Shown: positions 15,722 to 27,300 of the stretch, piece after piece | Layout: each line of letters opens with the position of its first letter | Numbering within the stretch: position 1 is the stretch's first letter | IMG/VR virus record: IMGVR_UViG_3300045988_165698 | Length of the DNA stretch: 35,617 nucleotides | Source: a virus | Strand: one strand, 5' to 3' | Position numbers and translations under genes: made by a program | Notes under the pieces: generated by a model | Told to the model about the DNA's origin: nothing | Seen by the model: the letters and a program-made list of their open reading frames with translations, nothing else | Databases searched by the model: none

Positions 15722-16591
15722 ATGGAGAAAAAAATGGGAAATGAAGAAGAAAACAACTTAAACGTTGTAAATCAAAATGAAGTAGTACCAACTACTGATG
15801 AAAATACTGTTACACAAGCAGCAGAAGAAAATGTGGAAGGAGCTAACATTGCCACTAATGCAGATAATTCGAATGTTAGTGAATTTGCTAATAAAGAAAT
15901 TGCAAAGGAAAAAATGTTTACACAAAAGCAACTCAACAAAATAGTACAAGAAAGAGTTAGACGTGCAAAAAATGATGATGAGGCTAAATACAGAGAACTA
16001 CAAAATGTTTTAAATGCTGGTTTAGGAACTAATTCTGTTGAAGAATCAACAGAAAAATTAAAGCAGTTTTATAAAGAACAAGGAGTAAATATTCCAGAAT
16101 TGCCTCAATACGATGAGCGAGATGTGGAAACATTGGCTAAGTCAGACGCATCTAGAATTATAGATTGTGGATATGACGAAATAGTTGATGTTGTTGATCA
16201 GCTTGCTTCAAAAGGTGTAGATAAAATGACTACACGTGAAAAATACTTATTTAGAGAATTAGCAAATGAAAGAAAAAATCAAGAAGCTATTAAAGAGCTA
16301 AAAAGTATAGGAGTTGGAGATGAAATTTTAAATGATAGCAATTTTAAAGATTTTGCTAACAAGTTTGATCCATCTAGGACAACGACAAAAGAAATATATG
16401 AAATGTATAAGAAAATGCTTCCACCAAAAGAAGCACCAAAACCAATAGCGTCAATGAAAAACAGTGATAGTTCGGCAGATGTAATTAAAGACTTTTACAC
16501 CAAAGATGAGGCTTCTAAGTTTACTAGAGCCGATTTTGATAAAAATCCGAAGTTATTTAAAGCTGTATGTGATTCAATGTCTCGTTGGTAA
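15722..16591 (+). CDS. Scaffolding protein
   Basis: Acidic N-terminus, FTQKQLNKIVQERVRRAK, located between portal and capsid. Confidence 0.8.
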   Translation: MEKKMGNEEENNLNVVNQNEVVPTTDENTVTQAAEENVEGANIATNADNSNVSEFANKEIAKEKMFTQKQLNKIVQERVRRAKNDDEAKYRELQNVLNAGLGTNSVEESTEKLKQFYKEQGVNIPELPQYDERDVETLAKSDASRIIDCGYDEIVDVVDQLASKGVDKMTTREKYLFRELANERKNQEAIKELKSIGVGDEILNDSNFKDFANKFDPSRTTTKEIYEMYKKMLPPKEAPKPIASMKNSDSSADVIKDFYTKDEASKFTRADFDKNPKLFKAVCDSMSRW

Positions 16592-16615
16592 TTTTTTATT
16601 TAGGAGGAATTATAA

Positions 16616-17605
16616 ATGTCAGTAGTAAACTTTATTCAAACTATATGGTCAAAGAAAATTCAAGATGACCTAGAATTAAAACTAAAATTAATAAAAAACT
16701 GTACAAGAGAGTACGAAGGGGATTGTAAATACGCCCAAACTGTTAAAATCTTAGGAGTAGGAGATCCAACTGTAAGTGGGTATCAAGGTGTAGTTGACTA
16801 TGAAGATATGTCAGATTCAAGTCAATTATTAACAATAGCATTTGCTGAATATTTCTCTTTTGCTGTAAAAGATATTGACAAAGCTCAATCTGTACCAGGA
16901 TTACCAGAAAAATATCAGCAAAAAGCTACATCAAAGTTAGCTCAAAGAAGAGAAATAAATCTTGGAAGATTAGTTGCTGGAAAATGTATAACAACTATAA
17001 GTGAGGCTTCTGCTACATACGCAAAAACACAAGACACAGATATAAAAACTTTTAAAGATTATTTCGTACAAAAAAATATAAATGGAAAAACGATATATCA
17101 AAGAGTTGCAAAACCGGTTAAAGTGGATATAGCAAACTACTATGAAATAACAAAGGCTACTTATGAAAATGGAGCCAAAAATATAACAACTGCTGCAGCT
17201 AAAACGCAAACAGGAGTTAAAACAGCAATTGATGATGCAATAGTTGCATTAAGACAAAGAAACTTTGATGTTGGAGGAGTTATAGAAATAGATCCAGCAA
17301 CATATTCAACATTTAAGAATAACTTAGTTGAACTATCTACAAATAACCCAGAATTAATAAGAAAAGGTATTGTAGGTATGTATGATAACTTTGAAGTTGT
17401 AATGTCAAACGCAATATACAATGACGGAGCTAACAGATTCTGTATTGTCAGAAGTAAAACCGCTATTGCGTTTGCTGGACAAATTAATGAGGTTGAAAGT
17501 CTAAGACTACAAAATGCATTCTCAGATGGTATCAGAGGTTTAGATACTTATGGAATGAAGATTATAGCACAAGACGAATTACAATGTGTTAAGATTCCTG
17601 CGTAA
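16616..17605 (+). CDS. Major capsid protein (HK97-like fold inferred)
   Basis: 329 aa, directly after scaffold; SVVNFIQTIWSKKIQDDLELKLKLIKNCTREYEG start. Confidence 0.85.
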   Translation: MSVVNFIQTIWSKKIQDDLELKLKLIKNCTREYEGDCKYAQTVKILGVGDPTVSGYQGVVDYEDMSDSSQLLTIAFAEYFSFAVKDIDKAQSVPGLPEKYQQKATSKLAQRREINLGRLVAGKCITTISEASATYAKTQDTDIKTFKDYFVQKNINGKTIYQRVAKPVKVDIANYYEITKATYENGAKNITTAAAKTQTGVKTAIDDAIVALRQRNFDVGGVIEIDPATYSTFKNNLVELSTNNPELIRKGIVGMYDNFEVVMSNAIYNDGANRFCIVRSKTAIAFAGQINEVESLRLQNAFSDGIRGLDTYGMKIIAQDELQCVKIPA

Positions 17606-17617
17606 AAAAATAAGTAA

Positions 17618-17640
17618 AAAAGGGCTAAATTGGCCCTTTT
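17618..17640. terminator. Intrinsic terminator after the capsid gene
   Basis: AAAAGGGC-taaattg-GCCCTTTT. Confidence 0.65.
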
Positions 17641-17704
17641 ATATATGTCTATAATAGTTATATGTAGTGCAATTCTACAAATAGACGGAAAGAGAGAAAA
17701 AAGA

Positions 17705-18031
17705 ATGAAGAAGTATTATGTAGAAAAACCAGAGCTGAAACCTTATGAAGGGATAATTATAAATAAAAATACAAAGCTAGAGTATAAAAATGATATGGTA
17801 GAGCAAAAGCTAGAAAACTTAAAATTTGTTTCTAAGTTCGTAAAAGATACTAAAAGATACAAAACAACGAGTATAGTGGAAATAAATCTTGAAGAAGGCG
17901 AAGTGCTTCTTTTAGAGGAAGAAGGAAGAGGATATTTCTTACCAGCAGATAGTACTCCGGTAGAAGAAATTGATGAAGCAATAAATGATTATAAATCATT
18001 AAAAGAGGCATTAACTGGCAAGGAGGAATAG
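17705..18031 (+). CDS. Small head/connector-region protein
   Basis: MKKYYVEKPELKPYEG...; the track start at 17630 lies inside the terminator hairpin, so 17705 is preferred. Confidence 0.6.
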   Translation: MKKYYVEKPELKPYEGIIINKNTKLEYKNDMVEQKLENLKFVSKFVKDTKRYKTTSIVEINLEEGEVLLLEEEGRGYFLPADSTPVEEIDEAINDYKSLKEALTGKEE

Positions 18032-18033
18032 TT

Positions 18034-18570
18034 ATGACACTCTGGGATTTTAAGCAAAGAGTATTAAGACTTATTGAAGAAATTGACGTTGATAAAAAGG
18101 AACTAACTGATGATCCAGATATATCAAATAAATTTAATACAGTAACTAACCAGTTAATGTTTGAATTGTTCAGATATAAAGGAATTATTGTAAAAGATAC
18201 TGTAAATGTTACTGAAAATGAAGAATTTATATTGAATGAGGAGTATTCGGATTTTTATCAATTAAAGATAATAAAAGGTGTTGAATATAATATTGATGAC
18301 AATATAGTAACTTTTTTGGAAGATGGTAAAGCGACTATATATTATTATAAGTATCCAAAATCTATCACAAAAGATACAGAGGATACTTATAAGTTTGAAT
18401 TAGCAACAGAAGTATTAGAATGTATGGTTTATGGTGTTGCTGCAGATATATTAAAAAGTGATGTATCAAGTAACTATGGACAAGTATATGCACAAAGATA
18501 CTCTGAATTAAAACAAATGCTTGATCCAAGACAGTCACAGGGAAGCGTATATATAGATGGAGGAATCTAA
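18034..18570 (+). CDS. Head-tail connector/adaptor protein (tentative)
   Basis: 178 aa, tail-proximal gene order, YKFELATEVLECMVYGVAADILKSD. Confidence 0.55.
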   Translation: MTLWDFKQRVLRLIEEIDVDKKELTDDPDISNKFNTVTNQLMFELFRYKGIIVKDTVNVTENEEFILNEEYSDFYQLKIIKGVEYNIDDNIVTFLEDGKATIYYYKYPKSITKDTEDTYKFELATEVLECMVYGVAADILKSDVSSNYGQVYAQRYSELKQMLDPRQSQGSVYIDGGI

Positions 18571-20270
18571 TGTCGATAGGAAGTGGAGACTTAATAACAA
18601 GAATATACAGTAATTTTAGAGGAGTAGACTTCTCAAATCACGAGGTTAGTCAATATAGGAGTCCAGATTCTAAGAATATATGGAAAAATTATAAAAAACT
18701 AGGAAAATGTATAGAAAGTAGACCAGATATAGAATTATTTAAGAGTTTTAATAATACTATATTTGGTTTATTCTTTTATACAATTAATACTGTAGAACAT
18801 ATGATTATTCATTGTGGAACTAGTTTATATGACTATAATATGGAAACTAAAGAACAAAAAACAATAAAAGCTACTGGAATGAATCCGAAGAGAAGCCAAA
18901 GTTTTATATACAATAATATTTTGTATATAAAAGATGGGATAAATTACCTTGAGTACAATGGAGAAGAATGTAAGACAGTAGAAGGATACATTCCAACAAC
19001 TTCAATTTCAAGAAAACCAGAAGGTGGAGGAACACAATACCAAGATATAAATCTACTTACAGGTTATAGAAAAAATACATTCTGTGCAGATGGAACGAGC
19101 AAAGAGTATTATTTGGATACAACTGAAATTGAAACCGGAAAAACTAGATGCTGGATAGATGGAGTAGAAACAAAAGCCTTTACAGTAAATACATTGAAAG
19201 GCTGTATTACATTTACAACTGCACCTAATGAGCCTAATACAGACGGACAAGATAATGTAATAATACAGTTCTGTAAAACTATACCGGGATATAGAGAAAG
19301 AATTACTAAATGTACAATATTAGAGCCTTTTGATAACCGTGTATTCTTTGCGGGAAATCAAGATTATCCAAATACATTGTTTCACAGTTCACTTGAAAAC
19401 CCTCGTTACGTATCTGATACAGATTATTATGAAGAAGGATTAGACAGTGCTAATATTAGAGCGTTGGTAGCTGGGAATAATGCTTTATGGGTATTTAAAG
19501 AGCCTTCACAAGCTAATACTACAGTCTTTTATCATACGCCAGCAACATATGATACTGGTAAAGCATATCCAAGTACCCATTCGAGTATATCAACAGGTTG
19601 CGTGGCAACAGGGCTCAATTTTAATGATGATATTGTTCTTTTTTCAGATAGAGGAATGGAAGGAATAAGTAGTGATGTAACAACAGAACAGGTTCTACAA
19701 CATCGTTCTTCATTAGTAGATAGTAAACTATTACAAGAAGAGAATTATAAAAACTTAATCGTACAAGAATATGATGGGTATCTGTTAGTAATAGTTGATA
19801 ACCATATATATTTAGCTAATTCAAGGGATAAGTTTACGCTAGATAATCATGTAGAATATGAATGGTTTTATTGGGAGTTAAATAAAATAATTACTTATGC
19901 TACTGTGAAAAATGGAATTTTATATTTGTGTAGTGATGATGGTATATATACATTGACTAAAGTAAATACAAGTATAGAAGCATATTGGTGTACTTGTCAG
20001 GACTCTTTTGATACAGAGCAATATCAAAAAATAACTAATAAGAAAGGCTGTGTACTAAATATAGATGGAGACGAAATTTCGCTATATGTACGAACAGATA
20101 ATAATGAATTTGAAAAAATAGAGGATTATAAAAATACAAAAGGATATATAATACCAAGAATTAAACAGAAAAAATGGAAAGAAATACAGTTTAAATTTAT
20201 GAGTAATGTACCATTCAGCATTTATGATTTTACAATACAAAGTTATATTGGAAGTTTTGTAAAAAGATAG
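18570..20270 (+). CDS. Head-closure/tail hub protein, beta-propeller-like (tentative)
   Basis: 566 aa with repeated short beta motifs (FFYTINTVEHMIIHCGTSLYDYN; GNNALWVFKEPSQANT; GYLLVIVDNHIYLANSRDK). Confidence 0.55.
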   Translation: MSIGSGDLITRIYSNFRGVDFSNHEVSQYRSPDSKNIWKNYKKLGKCIESRPDIELFKSFNNTIFGLFFYTINTVEHMIIHCGTSLYDYNMETKEQKTIKATGMNPKRSQSFIYNNILYIKDGINYLEYNGEECKTVEGYIPTTSISRKPEGGGTQYQDINLLTGYRKNTFCADGTSKEYYLDTTEIETGKTRCWIDGVETKAFTVNTLKGCITFTTAPNEPNTDGQDNVIIQFCKTIPGYRERITKCTILEPFDNRVFFAGNQDYPNTLFHSSLENPRYVSDTDYYEEGLDSANIRALVAGNNALWVFKEPSQANTTVFYHTPATYDTGKAYPSTHSSISTGCVATGLNFNDDIVLFSDRGMEGISSDVTTEQVLQHRSSLVDSKLLQEENYKNLIVQEYDGYLLVIVDNHIYLANSRDKFTLDNHVEYEWFYWELNKIITYATVKNGILYLCSDDGIYTLTKVNTSIEAYWCTCQDSFDTEQYQKITNKKGCVLNIDGDEISLYVRTDNNEFEKIEDYKNTKGYIIPRIKQKKWKEIQFKFMSNVPFSIYDFTIQSYIGSFVKR

Positions 20271-20279
20271 GAGATAAAG

Positions 20280-21374
20280 ATGGCAGAAGATTATATAAAA
20301 ATGGCAGAAGATTATGTGAATAATTATACAAAGAATCCAGGACTATTAAGTGATGTAAATTATAATGATTCTAGGTTGACCGATATAAAAAATGAGCAAC
20401 AGCAAAAAGAAAATGAGTTAGCAAATGATTATAATCAAATGATAAATAGTTCTGATAAATTTTATCAAGACCAAATTCAAGCTTCAAAAGATTATGCAAA
20501 ACAACAAGAAGATTTACAAAATAAAAAGACACAACAAACTATTGATGTAATAAATCAAAATAAGGATAAAACACAAAAGGATTATATAAAAGAACAAAAA
20601 GGTGCATATGCAGATTATAAAAAGCAAATAGATCCATATAGTGTAAATGCTGAAAACTTAGCTTCAAATGGTCTTTCAAATAGTGGATATAGTGAAACAG
20701 CTAAAGTTAGTATGTATAACACGTATCAAAATAGAGTCGCTACAGCAAGAGAAACATTAAATTCAGCTATATTAAATTATGACAATGCAATTAAAGAAGC
20801 ACAGCTAACTAATAATACAACACTTGCAGAGATTGCAGCTGATGCTCTAAAAAATCAACAAGAATTAGCTCTGCAAGGTTTTCAATATAAAAACACATTA
20901 ATTCAAACCAAACAACAGCAATTACAAGAATTAGGTGTTAGATATGATAATAAGTATCAAAATACATTATCACAGATAAATAGTGAGCTATCTTCAAAAC
21001 GTGAATTATTTAATACATTAGCAAGTTTATTAACACAAAGAAAACAATTAGAAGAAAATATAAGACAGGCTAATGCAGAAATGCAATATAAACGTCAACA
21101 ATTAGCATATCAAAAAGAGAGAGACAGAATTTCGGATGCACAATGGCAAAAAGAATATGATGCTAAATATGCATATATGCTACAAAATTCATCGAATACT
21201 GTATCTAAAGGAAGTATAAAAGAGCAGGTGCCAACCTCTGCTGAGGAGGTATTAAAGAAAATGACTGTACTTCAAGGACCGGGACTTAGAAATAACATTA
21301 AAGATGGATATAGTGGAAAAACATTCAATTCGCCAGAAGCTTTATTAGCTTATTATGGTTACGGTATAAAATAG
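20280..21374 (+). CDS. Coiled-coil virion protein, possible ejection/internal protein
   Basis: 364 aa, Gln/Lys-rich helices, immediately upstream of giant virion gene. Confidence 0.55.
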   Translation: MAEDYIKMAEDYVNNYTKNPGLLSDVNYNDSRLTDIKNEQQQKENELANDYNQMINSSDKFYQDQIQASKDYAKQQEDLQNKKTQQTIDVINQNKDKTQKDYIKEQKGAYADYKKQIDPYSVNAENLASNGLSNSGYSETAKVSMYNTYQNRVATARETLNSAILNYDNAIKEAQLTNNTTLAEIAADALKNQQELALQGFQYKNTLIQTKQQQLQELGVRYDNKYQNTLSQINSELSSKRELFNTLASLLTQRKQLEENIRQANAEMQYKRQQLAYQKERDRISDAQWQKEYDAKYAYMLQNSSNTVSKGSIKEQVPTSAEEVLKKMTVLQGPGLRNNIKDGYSGKTFNSPEALLAYYGYGIK

Positions 21375-21383
21375 GAGGCTAAA

Positions 21384-24300
21384 ATGGCTTTTTTTAAATT
21401 AAGTGATTTATCGGAGAAAGAAAAGAAAAAATATTTACAATCAATAGAAGACCAGGTAAATGAAAGATTAAATTCTAGGAATAGCCTCGAGAAAGAGGCA
21501 AATGACAATTTTAATAATATATTTAACTCTAAGTACGGACAAAACAATAATATAAATGTTGGTAATACAAATGATTGGGCTACTTCTAAAATAAAAGAAA
21601 AAAATTCAGCAGATAATTTACTAGCACCAGTAGAAACAAAAATTAATGAGGATTTGTATAAAAATGATTTAAAGAACTCAGCTCAACAGTACTATGATAA
21701 TAGTAATATATCTTATAAAAACAAAAACATATTTGAAGACATCTTAGGTATAGGAGAAAACCTTGTAAGAGGTGCATCAAGTGGACTAAAACAGACAATG
21801 AACTATGCTACAGCTGTAAATAAGGGATATAAAGGATATAATGATATTACGAATAAATTGGCCAGAGCTAAATACTTATCAACTCCGATACAAGATAGAA
21901 AAGAAGAAGATTTAAATAAGAATTTCATAGAAGAAGCAGTGAATAATAGCATTCAAAAAGACAATGAAGCTGTGTCAAAAAATATAAATTCTATGAGTGG
22001 AAAAGTAACTCAAAAGTTATCAGAATTAGCACCTTCTATTGGTCAAATGGGAGTAGGAGCTGTTTTAAGTAGTGTAAACCCAGCATTAGGAACAGGATAT
22101 TTTTATTCTAGTGCAGCAGGTGGGTATTTAGATGATGCAAAATCAAGAGGAATGAATGAAAAACAAGCACTAGTGTATTCATCTGTGCTAGGAGGATTAG
22201 AAGCAGCAACCGAAGAAGTAGGAATTAGAAACTTTGAAAAAGCTGGAGCAGGAGTCAAGGCTTTGTTATCTGGTGCTGGAAAAGAAGGTGCAAAAACTGC
22301 TGTTGAAAATATAGCTAAGAAAGAAATTACAACTTCAGTAAAAGATGTATTAAAAAATTATGGAATAGGTATTGCTGATAACTTCATTCAAGAAGCAATT
22401 ATGGATCCACTGCAAGAGATTTCTGCAAATGCTGTGGGTGGAAAAGCCGATTGGTCAGGCATGGGACAAAAAATGTTGCAAGATGGAATTAATGGTGGAC
22501 TGGTTGCTGCTATAGTTGGAGGAGCAAATTTAGGAATAAATTCTTGTATTGGAATTGTTGACAAAAATAATAATGGTCAAAATGTTTCACAGACAGAATA
22601 TAAACAAGCACTTCAAGATGCACAAGGAGCGGGAATAGATATACAACAGAATATAAAAGATAAAATAAATGAACAAATTAATAATTTGAACAATCAAGAA
22701 GGTAAGGCAAACATAGAGAATATTTTAAATAGAGAGTCTGTACAAGATATAGCCAATAATAGTCAATTGCAACAGTATAATAATACAAATAAAACAGTAG
22801 TAAAAGACTTTAATGAAAGTGCCAAAAGATATAATATAGATTATAACAATGAGGATTTAAAAGAAATAAATCAAATGTATAATAAAAGAGGAATAACAAC
22901 ATACTTTGATGAGAATACTTTTAAAAATAATAAAGATGTATTTTCAATATGGAAACCTACATATGACGAAAATGGAAATATATCTGGCAGAGAAGTTGTA
23001 TTTAATCCTAATTCACAAGATACAAAAACAAGAGTACAAGAACTTGCAATTCATGAGCTAGGCCATGATTTAGAGTTAAATGAAGTACAAAATATGATAC
23101 TAAAAGATGCAAGTAAAAAAGAAAATTGGAAGAATGCAAGGAAATCTTTAGAAGATACATATAAACAAGCGTATGAAAACGATGGGATACAAATATCAAA
23201 AGAGGACTTTAATAAAATTGTTGATGAAGAAGCAACAATGAGTATTTTGCAAAGAGAACTTGGAAGTCAGGAATATGTAAATAAACTTGTAAACCAAAAT
23301 CAATCTATTGCTAAGAAAATATATAACTGGGTAATAGATAAACTAAATAAGTTTACTGGCGGAAAAAATGAAAAGCTATTTTGGACTGATATAAGAAACA
23401 AGTTTGAAACAGCATATAATCAAGAGTTTAATAAAAATGACAGTGATTTAAAATATTCTATTGCTGGTAAAGAAGCATTGAAAAATATAAAAGACCAACA
23501 AGTAAGTAAAGAAGCATATAATAGTTATAATAAAGCAAAGCAAATGGCAAAAAATAAAGAAAGTAATGAAAAAATATTTAAAGAGACAGGTTGGTATAAA
23601 GATAAAGTCACAGGAAAAATGAAATTCAATTTTTCTGATAAAAATATGAAAATAGTAGACAAAAACTATAAAGTTGGCCAAGAATTTAAGTTAAAGGATA
23701 TTCTTGTTCATGACACTTTGTTTGAAATGTATCCTCAATTAAAAGACTATAAAGTAAAGATTGAAGATATGAACTCCAATAAATCTAAATCTAATAGTAA
23801 ATTAAATGGAAGATATAATAGACTGACAAATGAATTGACTATAGATATTAATAGATTTAATAATATATCTAATGCAGAAGGAACATTAATTCATGAGATA
23901 CAACATGCAATTCAGCAAATAGAAGGTTTTGCTGGGGGAACTTCTACAAAATTCGGAAAAGAAAAATATAAAAATAATCCTGGAGAGATTGAAGCTAGAG
24001 ACACATCTGCTAGAATGATACAAGAAAAATACAACCAAAAAGATTTAATTAACAGTATGCCTAAATCAGCAAATGCTGATACAACTATACTTGAAAAAAT
24101 GAAAATTGGGTTGTATAATTACCTAAGTAATATTAGTAATGAGGAGATATCTAATGAATTTAATGAAAGCAATAAAAAGAAAAATTCATCAAATACTAGT
24201 GAAAATAACGGATTGGTATTGGGAGGAATAAAAGAAAATAATGTGGAATCTGAAAATAATTCAGGTTCTTTTTCTTTGCTCGAAAACAAACAGAAACAAT

Positions 24301-27300
24301 TAAATATTATTCAAAAAAATAATAAGATGCAAGATGATTATCATACTGGAATAAGAAATATAGAAGATATTAAGACTTTTGAAGAAGCCATACATGATAA
24401 CGAAAGTTTTGTTTATGGAGATTATTCTTTTGAAGATGCACAGAAAGATTTGGAGAGAGGTAAAGTAACAGTTTATTCGAGTAAGCCAATTACTCAAGGC
24501 GGATTCGTATCAACTTCAAAGAATATGGCACAAGATTATGCGGGGAATGGGAAAATATATTCTAAAGAAGTTGGTATAAATGATGTCGCATGGATAAATG
24601 GAGATGAAGGTCAGTATGCAAATATTAATCAAAAATATGCTGCACCAACGAAAAACTGGCAACAATTCGTGGAAAATAACTATCAACAGCAAGGAACAGG
24701 AAAAAACTTAAAAGAATATAAATTGGCAATAGAGAAAGTTCAAGAAAATAATAGAAAAGCTATTAACAGTTCTTCAAATACAAAAAATTATGTGGAAAAT
24801 AGTTTAAATATACCAACAAGAGAATATTTTGAAGACAAGAAAATGCAAGATTTATTAACTGATGAAGATTATAAGGTTATTAACGATATATATGAAAAAG
24901 AAGGAAAAACAGATATAGCAACGAAACAGGAAAAAGGTAATTATTTAGAAAAGTATGAAGGTGATACAGAGTCTCATGATGACTTTTCAAACACGAAAAG
25001 ATATATTGAAAACAATTTGAATGTACCAACAAAAGAATATTTCGAAAACAAGAAAAGTCAGGAGTTGTTGACTGATGAAGATTATGCTATTCTTAATGAC
25101 ATATATGAAAAAGAAGGAAGAACAGAGATATTAACAAGTAAGAAAAAAGATAATATCTTAGGAAAATATGAAAATAATACAGCCTCTATTGATGACTTTT
25201 CAAATACAAAAAAATATATTGAAAACAACCTGAATGTACCAACAAAAGAATTTTTTGAAAACAAGATAAAACAAGATTTGTTAACTGATGAAGACTATGC
25301 CGTTCTTAATGACATATACGAAAAAGAAGGAGAAACTAAGATATTAACAGAAAAGAAAAAGGCAAATATCCTAGAAAAATATGTAAATGATAAGTATAAA
25401 TTTAAGGACAGTTTTGATGAACTAGCACAGAAATTCATTAATAAAGGCCACTATATAGATAAGCTATCTAAGGAAGCGAACAACCCGGAATTAAAGTATG
25501 CGTATGATAGAAATTTAAATTCATTTGCAGAAGGACAATATGAAGTTGGGGTTGCTCAAACAAACAATGAGGGAAAGAAAATAGGCAAATCTATTAATGA
25601 AATTTGGGAGCCAATAGAGAAACAAAATCTTACCAAGGAATTTAGCGAGTACTTATTACATAAGCATAATATTGATAGAAGTGAAAGAAACAAGTTTGTT
25701 TTTGGCTCTGAAATTGGACCGGCCGAGTCGACAGCAATAGCAATGGAATTAGAACAAAGATATCCTAAGTTTAAGGAGTATGCAAAAGATATTAAAAAAT
25801 TCAATCATAACAATTTGCAATGCTTAGTTGATGCAGGGCTACTAAGCAATGATATGGTTAAATATCTCGAATCAATGTATCCAAACTATGTAACTATTTC
25901 TAGAGACTTGCAGGACAGCATATATGCAGGAGATAAAAATAAAACTGGTGTAAATGCTCCAATAAAAAATGCAACTGGAGGCAATGCAGATATACAACCT
26001 TTGAAAGAGACTATGGCACAACAGGCAATAAAAATAAAAAGATTAATAAATCAAAACATGCTAGGACAAGAACTTGCAAAAACATTGAAAAATTCGCATG
26101 TGGAGCAAGAAGGTTCAATTCAATTATCTCCAACAATGTTATTTGGACTAGATACATTGGTTGATACAGATACAAAAGGTAATAAGTATTATACTTATTT
26201 TGAAAATGGCGAATTGCAAAAGCTAAAAATAGATGACAATTTATACGAAAGTTTAAAGCCGACAGAAAGAAGCAGGTTGGAAGAAACATTGCCGATAAAA
26301 GCCTTGCAAAAAGTAACAAGTTTGCATAGAAGTGTTTTAACTTCGAGTAACCCAATCTTTATAGTTACAAACTTTTTTAAAGATTTTCAAGATGGAATGT
26401 TTAATTCAAAATACAGTAGCAAATTTGTAAAGAATTATGGGAAAGCTCTAAATGAAATTATGACAAAAGGCGAATATTATGAAACATATATGGCAAATGG
26501 AGGAATGACAAATACTTATTTTGACTATAATGATGGGATAAAGAAACAACCAAATAAATTTGTTGAAAAAATAAGAAATGCAAATGAAATTGTAGAACAA
26601 CTACCAAGAATGTCTGAATTTATTTCTACACTAGAAGATGGAAAAAGCTTAAATGAGGCTTTGTATAATGCTGCGGAAATAACTACTAATTTTAAACGTG
26701 GAGGAGATATAACAAAAGCCATAAATAGAAATGGCGTTAACTTTTTAAATGCATCTATACAAGGACTGGATAAACAATTTAGAAATTTTTCGGAACAAAA
26801 AGGAGCGAAAGGATATGTAAATCTACTAGTTAAGGCCACGCTGATGGGTGTTGTGCCATCGATCTTAAATCATATATTGTTAGATGATGATAAGGACTAT
26901 GAAAAATTATCCGAGAGTACAAAAGATTTATATTACTTATTCAAGAATGGAGATGGTAAATTCATAAGGATACCTAAAGGAAGAGTGCTAAGTGTATTCG
27001 GAGCTGCAGCAAGGAGAACACTAGAATCTATAGAAGGTAATGAAGAAGCATGGAAAGGATTTAAGGATACTGTAATAAACCAGGTAGCACCCAACAATCC
27101 ATTAGAAGACAATATATTAGCACCTATAATGCAAGTTAAAAATAATAAAACATGGTATGGAAGTGATCTAGTATCAAGTAGATTGCAAAAAGAATTACCT
27201 AAAAACCAATATGATGAAACTACAGATGAATTTAGTAAATGGCTTGGTAGTAAGATTAATGCTAGTCCAAAGAAAATAAATTATCTAATAGACCAATACT

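Noticed and set aside
17630-17704. N-terminal extension MALLYMSIIVICSAILQIDGKREKR
   Set aside because: The start codon is inside a terminator hairpin; a downstream ATG at 17705 gives a more plausible start.
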